In this document: positions 62,319-64,000 of the stretch, one piece after another
Layout: the number at the start of each line of letters is the position of its first letter
Numbering within the stretch: position 1 is the first letter of the stretch
Assembly (NCBI GenBank): GCA_030141605.1
Contig: JAQGDQ010000262.1
Coordinates: 62,001 to 126,000 of the forward strand
Origin: Tubiluchus corallicola
Lineage: Eukaryota; Animalia; Priapulida
Direction of reading: 5' to 3'
Length of the DNA: 64,000 nt
The notes under the pieces: generated by a model
The model's input: only the letters and a program-made list of their open reading frames with translations
The model's database searches: none
What the model was told of the DNA's origin: nothing
Program-made: the position numbers and the translations under genes

Positions 62319-64000
62319 GACTTCAGTAAATTTGTAATTAAAGCACTGTAATTAATTCACTCAATCAGATAAACATCAAACCATAATAACTATCACAGAA
62401 TAAACATTTGGCAACATGAAACTTTTACATGTTAATTTGATTGGTTACTTCAAATTACAATGACAAAATCCCAATTTTAGACTTTTACATGGAATAACTT
62501 TTTTCAATTTGCGTTCGTTCGTTTAAAAAATATTTAAACTACAACTATAATTGATTTTCATGGTGATAAATTTGTGACACTATAGCTCTGTTCATCGTTA
62601 AAAACTAATTCATAGTCATAGAATATTTGTTTACTGAAAACATTGTTATGAACATAACATAACATATCATCTACAGGTGATGCTCGAAGGTTTGCAACCA
62701 CGTTAAAGACCTGTGATTAGCCTGATTAACCAGGCCAGTCTAAGCATCTTAACAACCCACTCACCAGTTAACCAACTCACGGAGTGACCTCTGTTTTAAT
62801 GCTTTACCTGGTATAACGAATTCGGGGGAAAAAATCTAGAGAAAACTTATAAAAGGTTCGCACAAGATTTTATCCTGGTAAAAATTTTCCACATGTTGCA
62901 CTGCCGAGCATTGTGATGGGTAAATTTATGATTACAATGCTTTGCGGAGGAGGTCAAGTGACCCAACGGCTGTAGGAGTAAACCTTCCAAATCAGGAGTG
63001 GAGCCCGGAAGGCGGACCAGTGCAGCATGCTCACTGACTCCGGCAGCTCCTGCAGCCAACCTGGTGCCAAACGTATCGCTCCGCTTTCCTTTGGACTACA
63101 CCAGTGAGGAGGGGGGGGGGGGGTTCGTGTTGTCTGTGCAACTCAGGAACTCCATACACCTTGCCCAGGCGTGCGCCCTGGAGAGGCCATTCCAGTACTG
63201 CCCAGCCACAGTCGACGCTGCAGCTCCATCAATGTGATCAATAACTGACTCTTGGCGCAAACTCCATTGTCTTCCGAGACAGAAGCATACCAACAACAAT
63301 GCTCAAACCAAAAAATATTTGGGCGATAATTGCAAACTGACATCACATAAGAACTACACAACTAATATCACATCCGATTATAATATCATTCCTAAAATGC
63401 TATAAATATTGTTATTAATACTACTTTTACTCTACAACTGTAAAATGTTTCGCTCGGCTGTTACTGAACACAGCTTGGGAATCACGACATGCTCATAAAC
63501 GAGACCATACTTTCTAAATTACACTACTTTGATTCTTAATGCATTAATTATATTAAAGAAAACATCACTGGTATAATTTCACAAGTCTTCATCAATTATC
63601 AATTAATGATAAACACCAAGTAACAGAAGCGATAACAATAAAATAGATAAAAATTGTTGCTACAAAATATGGATATTAAAAGCACGATCACAAAAAGGCA
63701 CTTTAGTAACGAATTTGTAACTAATAATAAAGAAATAACCCACTTATTTACCTGTAAAACTGACACAGGATCGAGCTACCTATAAAATCGATTTTTTTGT
63801 TAATAAATGCACAGCCTTTCATGCATAGCAATGTAACATTGATTATTAGTTTTTCATTGATAGGTATATCATTTAAACATTACTAAATTTTAAGATGCCA
63901 GGCTGACGGCTTTATTTAACAGCAAATCACATTTCTTTGATGCAGTGAAAAGTTTGCACCATAGTATCCATAGCGGGTCGCTTGTGTGATTTTGCATTAG

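Overview
AT-rich, repeat-dense animal (probably invertebrate) genomic DNA. About 60 kb of the + strand carries one spliced gene, virilizer/VIRMA (KIAA1429, scaffold of the m6A writer complex). I traced 31 GT-AG exons from 2509 to the stop at 62197. Their phases join into one open frame of about 1925 codons, including SELLPLPLP and the C-terminal FRQRPPNTSRPPSMHVDDFV motif. The 5' end lies upstream of the window. The intron at 24250-30998 contains two intronless class A GPCR paralogues (FMRFamide-receptor/Srw-like) on the opposite strand. Other introns hold hAT and Tc1/pogo MITEs, tRNA-derived SINEs, RTE and L2/CR1 fragments, a solo LTR, several minisatellites and a 5'-truncated restriction-like-endonuclease (R2/NeSL-type) retrotransposon with a hairpin-rich 3' UTR. 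There are no CRISPR, rRNA, true tRNA or prokaryotic features. All homology statements rest on motif recognition from memory, not database searches.
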